A DNA stretch of 61,617 nt, filler included, from Collodictyon triciliatum (lineage: Eukaryota): NCBI GenBank assembly GCA_043381765.1. It is 5 parts of 5 records of this genome, joined end to end, with 100 filler letters (N's around TTAATTAATTAA, not from the genome) between each part and the next. Parts side by side here need not be neighbours in the genome. Positions count along the whole stretch, not along the records: positions 1 to 13,772 come from JBHJMP010001924.1; positions 13,873 to 27,634 come from JBHJMP010001925.1; 3 more parts are not named here. One strand, 5' to 3'. Every line of letters starts with the position of its first letter. The stretch's first letter is position 1. The position numbers and the translations under genes were made by a program. Below are positions 11,427 through 22,865 of this stretch, piece by piece. The notes beneath the pieces were generated by a model. The model was not told the DNA's origin, did not search any database, and saw nothing but the letters and a program-made list of their open reading frames with translations.

Positions 11427-13436
11427 ATGAATAAAAGAAAACGTCTTCAGTCTGATAATTTAAAGTCTGTAAAACAAGACTATCGAAATGTAAAAACATA
11501 TCTAAGGCCGATTGTAAAGAATGCGGATGACTATGACAAAAATCAACGATACGGCTTTATTGTGTCATAACTTGGTTACCGACACTTATCTATTTGCAAG
11601 ATGTTACATATTGAAATCACAACCACTCCCAGCAACCGATGGAAAGTTTTTTTTGTACGCTTTAAAGGCAGTCATAATAGTTTCACAAGATAGACCCACA
11701 CGTTTAAAAAAAACCAGATATGAGAGACGACAAGATGACTTTTTATCCCAATGATTTTCGATTCCTTTTGTCCCGAGAAGAACGCTTTCTGTTCGTCGGA
11801 CTGTCTCATGTATTACCATACTTGGCGAGCCAAATGTTAGCAGCTTATCGTAATAACATCACGGAACATTTTGTAAAGAGGTTACTGCGCTTTATAAATC
11901 AATCAGTCACTAAACATGTGAATATTACGGAAGCTATTCAAAAGCCAGAGCTACGAAAGTTAAAAAAAGCCGTCTTCATGAATCTCGACATGCTGGAACA
12001 ATAAATGATGAGCTAAAACGCATTTGCATCATATCATCTCAGCGATATTGTAAATGGTATCGAATATGACTCAAAGTCAATCCAAATAAGTACATTCCAT
12101 GTCTGATTCGCATGAATAGCATTTTGGAGGACATTGAACCAAACAGTTTCAACCAATCCCTATAAAAACGAACAATATACCATCATGTCATATTACTCTA
12201 GATACTGCATGTTTGATAGATATATTAGTATCGCCTGGAAAACAATTATTACTGAAGAATATATCAGGATGCAAAGAGACCCTATGGGATAAGTTCTTTG
12301 AAATGAAGAAGAGGGTCTTTCATCAAAGATACTACAATTTAATATACATGATACAAGCAGACGGCTTGGTGGTGTCTTTATTGTTTGAAAAGAAAGGCAT
12401 TTCAAATTCAAGGTCCTATTTATAATTAAAAATCCAAGAACATGTTTTATATGAACTTTCCGAATAGCAGTTATCTTTATTAGCGACAAAAAAAAATAAT
12501 AGTTTGAGTGTACGCAGGCAAGATTAATTTGATTTACATGGTGGATGAGACAGGTACGAAATTACGTTACACGGCACACCAAACAAGACATGATAGCAAA
12601 TCTCTTAAAAATCACAAAATACTCTTGTGAGAAAAAAAGAAAAGTACGATGCTTAAGGGATATACATGGCAACAGGTTTACAGAGTGTTGTTTCTTTTGG
12701 TCACATGACTTTTGAAGAGAATCAGCGGTTTGGGACATCAAGAGTATCTTTAATCGATTTAGAGACAGAACTAAGTAAACAAAATTCATGCACGGTCGAT
12801 TATGAAAAATTCGAAAATATGTATCTATATATATGAAATAAAGATACCAGATAGAATTTTCCAGATTTTACGAAGCAAGCAACTTTTCGAAAGATGATAT
12901 GGAGTCTGTATGTTAATACAAAAAGAAGTGAAGTATTGTTTATGGAACGTATCGAAAAGACATTTGGCAAGGATGTTGTACTGGCGTATGGAGACTGGAG
13001 CAGAAAATGTCCGATGAACCTTTTCATGCCAACAATCGGAAGAGGATTACGAAAAATACTATCCAAACGTTTAGAAACAGTTATTGAAGATGAATTTAGA
13101 ACCTCCAAGATGTGTTGTAACTGCGAAAAGAAACTGGAATATATGAAACTGAAAGGAAATTAAAAAAAAGTTGCATATATATGTTTCATATGTAAAGAAT
13201 GCAATCGCTTAGAAAACAAACAAAAAATCGTATTCTTGACAATTGACTTTAACAGCGCTAAAAATATACTCAAGAAAGTTCTTCAAATTCTTCAAAAAAA
13301 ACATACATATCTCTCTAAAGAAATCAGGCTGTTATGTCTCACCTGGCAGCCTTCACCACTACACAATCTTTGTGAAAAAAATGGTGAGACCATGGAAACT
13401 GGCGCACCAAGTTTACCAATCGAAAGATTGGTATAA
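11427..13436 (+). pseudogene. Fanzor1-type (TnpB/Cas12-related) RNA-guided endonuclease pseudogene
   Basis: Frameshifted fragments in family order: MNKRKR start, KINDTALLCHNLVTDTYLFARCYIL, YLASQMLAAYRNNITEHFVKRLLRFIN, MIQADGLVVSLLF, degenerate RuvC-I IIV*VYAGK..IYMVDETG.KLRYTA (12496-), ETELSKQNSCTVDYEKF, IEKTFGKDVVLAYGDWSR..FMPTIGRGLRK, RuvC-II DEFRTSK (13089-), zinc finger CCNC...CKEC and RuvC-III TIDFNSAKNIL. No introns; several stops and frameshifts. Confidence 0.88.
12657..12749. mobile_element. 93-bp insertion with TTAA target-site duplication (possible Kolobok-type non-autonomous element)
   Basis: TTAA at 12653-12656 and 12750-12753. Removing the insert joins EKKK..Y to LIDLETELSK, as expected for Fanzor1. 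Termini are GG...CT, with weak inverted-repeat similarity and an internal GTCACATGAC near-palindrome. Confidence 0.5.
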
Positions 13437-13475
13437 CCCTTCCAGTATTTTATGAAAGTTTTTTTTATTCACGAC
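13321..13475 (+). ncRNA. Candidate Fanzor omegaRNA scaffold
   Basis: Overlaps the Fanzor 3' end. Stems: AGGCTG(13326-31)/CAGCCT(13347-52); GTCTCACC(13336-43)/GGTGAGAC(13383-90); CACAA/TTGTG; TACCAATC-GAAA-GATTGGTA (13414-33); TGGAA/TTCCA. Boundaries are inferred. Confidence 0.5.
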
Positions 13476-13772
13476 AGACTTAGCTGTTGGTGCCCATGCC
13501 AACAATCTTTTTTCCAACCACCAAGCAAGTATTCCGAGGTAAAAAGAAAGTAATGGCGGATGTGCCATCAGAGGAGTATGGAGATGGGGGATAGAGAAAG
13601 GAGAGAAAAGAGGATTAGGAGGAATAGGAAAGGGAGTAAAGACCCTGGGGCTTGATAAGAGGCCCAGGGATTCCTTTCAGGATAGAACTTGTGGTGAAGT
13701 CCTTGGGAGAGGGAAAGTAGCGGGCTTGATTATGTTTAGAAGGGAGCGGAAGAGGATGGGAATACTACTTTG

Positions 13773-13872
13773 NNNNNNNNNNNNNNNNNNNNNNNNNNNN
13801 NNNNNNNNNNNNNNNNTTAATTAATTAANNNNNNNNNNNNNNNNNNNNNNNNNNNNNNNNNNNNNNNNNNNN
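13773..13872. other. Artificial contig spacer (44N-TTAATTAATTAA-44N)
   Basis: Identical 100-bp structure occurs four times; the core gives stops in all six frames. Confidence 0.97.
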
Positions 13873-13968
13873 TATTTGTATTTGTATTTGTATTTGTATT
13901 TGTATTTGTATTTGTATTTGTATTTGTATTTGTATTTGTATTTGTATTTGTATTTGTATTTGTATTTG
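13873..13968. repeat. (TATTTG)n microsatellite
   Basis: Direct reading. Confidence 0.95.
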
Positions 13969-14340
13969 TTTGTTTTTTGCAAAGTCATGGCAACAACACA
14001 AAGAGAAAGAGTGTTGCGTCCCATTAGCGCATGCCTGGTGATTTCAAAAAGATGCACAAACGACGCTGCGTTGTAGAAAAACCTTCGCCATGGCATAGTA
14101 TCCACCAAACAAAGACATGAAAATAAATTTACATTAAATTCCACAAACGTAATTTCGGTTACCGCGCCAATCAGACATCCAATCCCAGACAAAACACCTT
14201 CGCCTACAAGAGCGTAATGTGCCGAAGGATTTCCGCATGTCTGCCACGCGACTGCCAGGAGGAAGGAAGCCAACTGACCCATTAAAGCGACACACGAAAG
14301 CCTGATTCGATTGATATTCTCAACAAATGAAAGCCATAGA

Positions 14341-15851
14341 ATGGGTGTTTTCAGTGATACACGGTTGGAGGCGCATGAAGTCCTCGCCAAGAAGATACAT
14401 CAAAACTCATTTTATCCATTCACCCAAGTCGACCAGAATCGTGAGTAAATCCCGCCTACCTCTTTTTTCTTTCTCTTTTACTTAAATGTGTAACGTTGCT
14501 ATAGTATTTCCCTTTGTTTTTTCAATTTACTGCACAATTCGTTTTTCTTCCGTGTCCTATTTGAAAGGTTTTGTGTTGTGTAAGTCGAGAGACTTGCAAC
14601 AAAGGAGCAGTGAATATGCCTCATCCAACCAAAAATAAAGTGGAAGGAGACGTATAAAGACATATGTCCATTCTCCACTTAGAATTCCGGTATGTGATTC
14701 GATATACTCGCTATGTTGTTGGGATGTACGGCCTGGTTTTTAGCGTCGCATTCATCATCGTGATGATAGTTTTGGACTTGGTTGGGGCAGTGAGTCATTT
14801 ATTCTGTTAGGCATCACCCTTTCTCTGTGCTCTCTGCCTCTGATAAACAAATTGAAAAGAGTAGAGCGCAGAAGGAGGGAATAGTTGATCAGATATGAGT
14901 ATATTATCATCCATACTGTCGATTGGTGAATGCGTACATAACCCCTGTGCAGTTCTACTTTCTGTTTCCGATCGGCTCGTCCATCGCGTTTGTGATCCTG
15001 ATTTATCAATACAAAGACGTCCGAGAGTATGAATTGGACGGTGATAATCTCAGATATCGGTTCAAGCTGAAGTCCCTGACGATTGTGGAGGGGCATTACC
15101 ACAACGTTTATGTGCGACTTCGCCGCAAAGTTGGAGGTTTGTATACTCATATAAAAAATAAGTATATTACGTGATTTTGTATTGCTTATCGTGCACTTTT
15201 GTCAGTATCGACTAGCTATTAATTTATTTTCATTTCTTTTCTGTTTCTTTTCTGTTTCTTTTCTGTTTCTTTTCTGTTTCTTTTCTGTTTCTTTTCTGTT
15301 TCTTTTCTGTTTCTTTTCTGTTTCTTTTCTGTTTCTTCTCTGTTTCTTCTCTGTTTCTTTTCTGTTTATTAATATTCTCGTATGCAGCGTCGGGAACCTC
15401 CTATTATTACTTAATATTGAACGGCTACCAAATGGATAAAATAGTCTTGTCCGGCACGTCCACCAATATTGCTGTAAGTTTGGCCTCCTGAATCTTCAAA
15501 ATGTATCCAAATTTTTGTTCCATATAGTTAAATACTGATGCGTAGCACTTAATTATTTGTTGCATAGGGCATGAGAGAAATAGGACAAAAACTCGCTACA
15601 AACTTAAATATCAATTACTTTGATGAGGCCAATATTTCTCCCCATCGTACGGCTATAGTCTTATTTTCATCTGAATACTCGGCAATATGCTTTTCAATTA
15701 CCATTTGAAATTCTGTGGCGTGCGACATTTTCACCAGAAACGACATTGCATTTTAGACTTTTTCAATTCCTTCGGTATTTTCTTATCAATTCAATTGATG
15801 TTAGATGTTGTCAGACACCAAAGACCAAATGACAAGATTGTTGATGGATAA
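14341..15851 (+). CDS. TMEM249: TMEM249 / CatSper-theta-like two-TM protein (DUF4579 family)
   Basis: Exons 14341-14440, 14683-14789, 14953-15136, 15388-15473, 15568-15646 and 15805-15851 splice in frame. They give KKIHQNSFYPF, two hydrophobic helices, EGHYHNVYVRL, YYLILNGYQMDKIVL and GQKLATNLNINYFDEANISPHHVVRH, matching my recollection of TMEM249 (QGPLHLVYVRL ... ARKLNINYFD....RHVVRH). Confidence 0.8.
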
Positions 15852-15972
15852 GCAGGAGAATTCCGAATATCAGAAACATAACCACAGTCACCTCCATCTC
15901 TCTTCTTTTCCTCTCCTTTTATTCCAGTCATATCTCCAAATCTTAATAAAGATGTATTTACCTTCACCACTA

Positions 15973-16783
15973 CACATACATACATACATACATACATACA
16001 TACATACATACATACATACATACATACATACATACATACATACATACATACATACATACATACATACATACAGAAATACAGAAATACATACATACATACA
16101 GAAATACAGAAATACATAAATACATACATACAGAAATACATAAATACATACACACATACATACATACATACATACATACATACATACATACATACATACA
16201 TACATACATACATAAATACATACATACATACAGAAATACATAAATACATACATACAGAAATACATAAATACATACATACAGAAATACATACATACATACA
16301 TACATACAGAGGTACAGAAATACATACAGAAATACATACAGAAATACATAAATACATACATACAGAAATGCAGAAATACATACATACATAAATACATACA
16401 TACATACAGAAATACATACATACATACATACATACATACATACATACATACATACACACGCACATACATACATACATACATACATACATACATACACACG
16501 CACATACATACATACATACATACATACATACATACATACATACATACATACATACATACATACACACGCACATACATACATACATACATACAGAAATACA
16601 GAAATACATAAATACATACATACAGAAATACATAAATACATACACACATACATACATACATACAGAAATACATACAGAAATACATACAGAAATACATAAA
16701 TACATACACACAGAAATGCAGAAATACATACATACATACATACAGAAATACATACAGAAATACATACAGAGGTACAGAAATAC
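15973..16783. repeat. Compound (ACAT)n microsatellite with CAGAAATA/CATAAATA variants
   Basis: Direct reading, about 810 bp. Confidence 0.95.
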
Positions 16784-17183
16784 AAAAGTGTGTATGCTGT
16801 AGATGCAGTGACCATCCTACTTCTTCCCTAATCCACATATATCCGATCTTAACGACTTCCTATTACGGAATTCAGCAGATTTTCTCGCTGATTCGGCTCA
16901 CCACCCAACGACTTGTGATTCATCTGATTACATCACACGCACGGCTCTTTGAGCGGCGGAAGTGAACATCAAAGAAGCGAGACTTGAGCAAATGAGGAGG
17001 CCTTTTTCGATCGCTCACACAGAGTTTTTGCCATGAGACACATTTATATAAAGGGGAAGACAATAATGCGATTGTGTATATGAAAGCAGATCAACGAAAC
17101 AGCCCCGCGTGGTAAACCCGCCGCCTGCCTTTAGAAGGAGAACTCAACCCGCGAAGGAAAAGAAAAAGAGAAAGCAGTCCAAC

Positions 17184-20100
17184 ATGAGTTACTCACAAAA
17201 AAGCTTGAAAACGCTGCACAACCAAAGCGACTCAACAAGTGACGACTATGACGATCACGACGAAGGTTTGTGCGAATTCAATATGCCTCCCTGAAAAATG
17301 AGTTATGATAATGGTTAAGGAGTACCCCACAAACAGTCCTTTTCTGCTACTAATTTTTAGTGAGATCAAACTCACATGATGGTGACTCTGTCTCGGAAGA
17401 AGTTAGAACCCCGAAAGGAGCGGTAACTGATCCTCTTTTTCCTTTTTTCTTTTTTCCTTTTTCCTTTTTCCTTTTTCCTTTTTCCTTTTTCCTTTTTCCT
17501 TTTTCCTTTTTCCTTTTTCCTTTTTCCTTTTTCTTTCTTTGGTTTTCTTCTTTCCTTTTCTTTTCTTCTCTTCTTTCCTTCTCTTCTCTTCTTTCCTTTT
17601 CTTCTTTCCTTTTCTTCTTTCCTTTTCTTCTCTTCTTTCCTTTTCTTCTTTTCTTTTCTTCTTTTCTTTTCTTCTTTTCTTTTCTTCTTTTCTTTTCTTC
17701 TTTTCTTTTCTTCTTTTCTTTTCCTGTTCCTTTATCTTATTTCTCTTTTTCTTTTTTTTACTTCTTTTACTTTCTTTCACTTTCTTTTACTTTCTTTTAC
17801 TTTCTTTTACTTTCTTTTACTTTCTTTTACTTTCTTTTACTTTCTTTGGTTCTCTATATATTTCTGCATTAGTCTGTCATGTACTTTCCGTATACGACCT
17901 TATTATTTGGGGGAATGATTCAAGGCCTAATGAACGAATGCTGACTTCTGATAGACTCAGGGATCGATTGCAAAGCTGAAAGGAAATGATGGGCGTGGCC
18001 AAGGAAACTCAATGTCCAGCTTTGACGAGGTTCGGAGTCACGACGGAAACCAGGTGCACGGAAACTCCAGTATGAGCCTCGATCAAGTGAGTCGACAACG
18101 ATGCCATGTTTTTTTGTTTGTTCTTTGTTTTTATCACTTAACAACTTAAATATATTAATTATCGGCTTATCGTCCCTCCTTTGATTATTTTTAATACCGG
18201 CTGTTCGATTTTATCCCATCAGAGCAGCTCTAAAGGACGAGCTAGTCAAGGAAAGTCTGGTGCAGCTCCGCATTGGGCAAACGAGTCCGTCGACGATAAG
18301 TTTTTCGAGAATACAGAAGATGTTAGTTGTTAAACTCATCGTTTGTTTCTTTGTCTGTTTGAATTCAGAGTTACGGTCTTTTATGAATTTGCAGTGGTGA
18401 TTGATACTTAAGGGTCCGTTTGAACGGTGCGTTATTTTATATATGTTTTATGTTGTCATTTACGTTTTGCTATCTCTCTGGGCTATTTGCAATCGCAGCC
18501 ATCAAAGAATGCTGCAGATAAACTGGATTTCATCTTTGGTGATGACGATGTGGATTTCAACTTCGTGGCTGACTTCAGTAAACTCCTTTCGGTGGTTCGC
18601 TTTCTACTTCATACAGTGCGGAAACAATCGAAAATACTCAAGGAGATAGAAGCAACCGTAATACATCACACACATCAAATTATTATGAATAGAGCTTTCC
18701 TAAGCACGCACAGCTCTCTGTTACTTGTTTATTTTCTTTCATCCTTTAAGTCAGCTATTATGCTAAAACAAAAGGTCGACAACCACTCTATTCATGTGGA
18801 CAAACTCATGTCTATCAGTCTGTTGGGTACAGTTACTCAGGCTGATTTGAATCGAGTAATGGTTCTTCCAAATGGAAGGACAATCAGAGACACAGTGCTA
18901 TCGCACAATGAAGATTTGACACGTACCATGGAGATTGTCGCTGGTATAACGACATATGCCCATTTCTCTTCTTTTTTTTATCAGCACTGTTTTATTTTGC
19001 ATTCTAATAATTCATGAACTAATCACAATGCTAAAATTTATGTGTATGGGAAACTGTAAATATCTTTATGTCCTCATTTTATTTTAGATCATTCTGGGAG
19101 AGTCGCTAGCCTCGAGGAAGAAGTTCCTCAAAAAGCTGAGCGTGAAACTACTGTGAACATTCTTCACTTTGAGAATTTGAACAAGGTTTTTTTTTCTGTC
19201 TTCGAATATATATATATATATATATCTGCGTATGCCTTTTGCCATGTCAGATAATAAAATACATATTAAATGTATATTTTGGCCTTGCCTTGTTTTGCGT
19301 GGACTACAGGACTACCGAGAGTCCAAAGAGCTCCTGTATAGCATCAGTTCCGAAATGGTACAGATTAGGACACTGGCCGCTACACCGCAAGCAAAAGATG
19401 ATTTCTGTCGCCAGAAAGTCGAGGAAATCCAGGACGCAATATCTAAATTCGATGAGACTGTGACGAACAAGCTTGACAAAAGAGAATACACTCATTTCCT
19501 GGACGGAATGATGAGGAAACAGAGGGAATCAGATGCCACGTACCGTTTTTTTTTTCTTTTTCTTTTTTTCATATTCAATTCATATTACCCACTTTTTTAC
19601 ATTATTTAATGATGTTTATGGCGATGATCTTTGACTAAATTGGCATGTATATGGTTCATGTAGTAGTGACAAAAATGAAAATGGAGGCAATGGAAAAGTA
19701 GGAACCAAAGAAAACGGTAAACTAGAGGAAAAAATAAAATGCATCATCACATAATCATTCGCCTGTTGCAATCTCATTCTCAGAGTAACCTATGTTCCTT
19801 AATTGAATCTAACGGTGCAGAGACTACAGTTGATCCTAGTGTGAATCCACTGCTATATGGATTGATGTAATATCCAATCAAATATTCAAAATATTCATTT
19901 TTATTGGGTGTGTATGACTGGCCATCTTCTTACCATCTACATGTTTTAGTCACAAGAGCCAGGCTGATGCAGGATTTACATCGGCTATTAAAAACTTAAC
20001 TGGTAGCTTATAAATCACTTACCAATTAATTCATCTCTTCCATTGTTAATTACATTCATCGAGGAAGAAAATTGATGTAGGACTTAATAGTAGCAACTCT

Positions 20101-22354
20101 GAAGTTTTTACTCCATTTTTTTTTTGAAACTCTAGATGCTTTCCTTCGTACCTTTAATTTCTGTCGAGGTTCACAGTATGTATTGAAATTATGCATTTTC
20201 ATATAGGACTTTGAAAAAAAAAATTAATATCAGATTCACTCCAATTTAATAAATATCAAAGTAACTATAACTTTATTAGTGGGCATGGCGGCTCTGAGTC
20301 CAATGCACTCGGGAGAGGAATCACACCTCGTAATTTTTAAGAAAAACATTGCCACTTGAAATGCTCAATAAATAATTTATATATTCCTGATTTTGAAATG
20401 TAATTCAAGTCGGAGGGCGACCTTTTGAAAGGATGGGTGTTTCTGAGTACGGTGCTGTGATGAAAGAGATGGATAAAATTAACTTTCTTATTAATTTGAA
20501 GGTTTGTAATTCTATGTAGGAAACTTACGATTCACGCACACTTCTTCTCTAAATATATATAGGCTTATTTATTTTTTACTCGTGTTTATTAATCTTTCAT
20601 AAAATAATTTATCTTTTGCAGCCCTACAAACATGAAGTCGAAGATATTGTGTCCTCTCTTTCTATATCGAGGCCACACCTAGAACTTCGACTGAGCAATT
20701 TCTTCAAGCAGATTAGGAAAGTCTTCAAGACAGACTTGATGCAACTTTTACAAAAGTATACATGCATTATAGAAGCGCGAACACTATGAGAATATATGTT
20801 TTCGTTTAAAATTTAGTCCAAGGCTCTATGTTTCTGGCTGTATCTTGGCATCCTTGAGCCTCTTTGTCATTATTTTTCTTGATTGGTTATTTCAGATTCA
20901 CTGGAGATACAAAGCAAGCACGTGATATTGAGTTTAAGATGACGTCGATGGACCATTTGCAGGTGATAATCTCAAACTATAATGAATTCTCGTTCAGCTT
21001 CACATTCTTGGCTGTCTATCATAATTTACCTGCTTTTTGCAAACAAATCCCTCCAGGAACACCACCCTCGTCTCGCTGCATCATCACATCACTTATCCAA
21101 TCATCTTGGAGTAGATAGTCCACCAAGCATGATGGGACCGACGTATGACTATCAAATAAGAGATACCTTCCTTCCTAAAAAAATAAATGATAATAATAGT
21201 TCCTCATTTGATTGTTGATTCAACTTCGACAAAACAAAATAAATAAATCCAATATCAATCCAATATAGACCTCGCTCGATGGCCAGTGATGTGAAATCAC
21301 AGAACTTCGGCTCACAATTCACCGGCTCGCCACTTGGACCTATTCCTCACACCAAAGGAAAGATAAACGAAAACAAATCGCCCGGAAAAACACAGAACAG
21401 CTCACACTCGTATTCTGCTACTCAGATTGGAACGTCTCCGCTTCACAGCACTAACCCGCAAGCAAGTATGTGTTTTGATTTTCTTTATTTGAGTCAGATT
21501 TTTTTTTATCTTCATATGGTGTGAAAGTTGAAAGGAAGAACTAAAAAAAAATCTTCATATGGTGTGTAAATAAAGTCTCAAATGTCTTAAGGGCCCGCCG
21601 TGCGTGCCTATTTTGTTTCTGAATTACTTTAATACATTTACTCTCAGAGCAACGTGGTGGGCAAACAAGGACGCTGAAACCACTCGTCAAAGCTGTGCAA
21701 GAACTTCCTGAAACCAGCGAGCAAGTTTTACAGATTCCAACGCCATCAAAACCAATTCCAGGGTATCCTCACAATTCGTCAAGAAATTCATCCCGCTAAC
21801 TTTGCGATTCCTACAGTATAACTCTTCTTGGACGTGTTTGTTTCAGGAGTTTACCACTCAATCTCTATTTGATTTGTTCATTTACAGAGGTTCACAGATA
21901 CACGGGTCGTCGTCAATAAATAATTTGGGTGACAGTGAGTATTTTCTCTATTCATTTGCTAGATTCTGTTGGTATTGTCGATATAAAATCGATTCTCTGG
22001 GTGAAACCTCCACATCGAACCGCGACTGACATTTCTATTTTGCTTGTTTGCTTGTTTCTTTGTTTCTTTGTTTCTTAGCATCCACATCGCAGCTGGCAGA
22101 CACAAAACAGGCTCAGTTTGCCATGTCTCTGACAACAGACGATGCAATTCCCTCTGGAGCTGCACACGAGACTTGCGACCCGCCCGAACACGTCTGAATG
22201 CGATGTGCCTGAGACTGAGTACGCGGAGCGGCCTATTCAAGTCCACCGCAGAGGACAGCCGGACGCATATCCCACAGACACAGCCGCATCAGACTGTGTT
22301 TTATTTCCATCGCCTGTGTATTTGTCGCTCCCTCGTAAGAGAATGACAAAATAA
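17184..22354 (+). CDS. Hypothetical multi-exon protein, coiled-coil core with low-complexity termini
   Basis: Series of GT-AG-bounded open exons from MSYSQKSLK through LLHTVRKQSKILKEIE and FCRQKVEEIQDAISKFDETVTNKLDK to an S/P/T-rich tail. No family recognised; the final frame is uncertain. Confidence 0.6.
17435..17847. repeat. Intronic polypyrimidine compound repeat ((TTTTTCC)n ... (TTTCTTTTAC)n)
   Basis: Direct reading. Confidence 0.9.
21524..21550 (+). mobile_element. Minimal LINE 3'-end insertion (27 bp), intronic
   Basis: AAAGTTGAAAGGAAGAACT-poly(A) flanked by perfect 16-bp TSD ATCTTCATATGGTGTG (21508-21523, 21551-21566). Confidence 0.75.
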
Positions 22355-22673
22355 AGAAAGAATAATATTGGGTTCGACAATGTGTGTCTTTTGATTTGTT
22401 TTGTATTGGTTTTTTCATGTTTTGGTTTGGTTGTATGTGGGACTTTGAAATTAGAATGATTGCGGAACATCGGGTTTCGATGAATGACACTATGGAGAAT
22501 ATAATTTGTGTGTAGTCCAAAATGAGCTGGATGTATAAAAGTGTAGCTGGTTGCTGACTTCATCAGGGACTGTTTTCGGGTATTCAATCTCCATTGCTCT
22601 TCACTACTTGCTTTCCTCTTCTCCACTTCACTTCGCTCCACTTCATATTATTAATTGTTTTCCCGTGTAATAC

Positions 22674-22785
<112 letters not shown>

Positions 22786-22865
22786 AGTTTTCTGTGTCAT
22801 TCGTTCTTTTTTTTTTCTTTCTTTCTTATCCTGTTCATCAGCCGAGATTCCGTCTGGATTGCACT

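Noticed and set aside
13480-13772. Purine-rich segment as a DIRS/retroelement RNase H fragment on the minus strand
   Set aside because: No convincing motif, and it is truncated by the contig end.
13817-13828. TTAATTAATTAA palindrome recurring four times as a biological motif
   Set aside because: Always centred in exactly 44N+44N, and genes are cut at these points. It is an assembly concatenation linker.
13988-14330. Small gene or extra exons upstream of TMEM249
   Set aside because: Short frames with stops, no recognisable homology and no unambiguous splicing.
15791-16838. Long MYVC/HTYI ORFs
   Set aside because: Translations of the (ACAT)n microsatellite. The F/K/L/I-rich ORFs at 17360-17979, 22594-22965, 46983-47318 and 51402-52037 are likewise simple-repeat artefacts.
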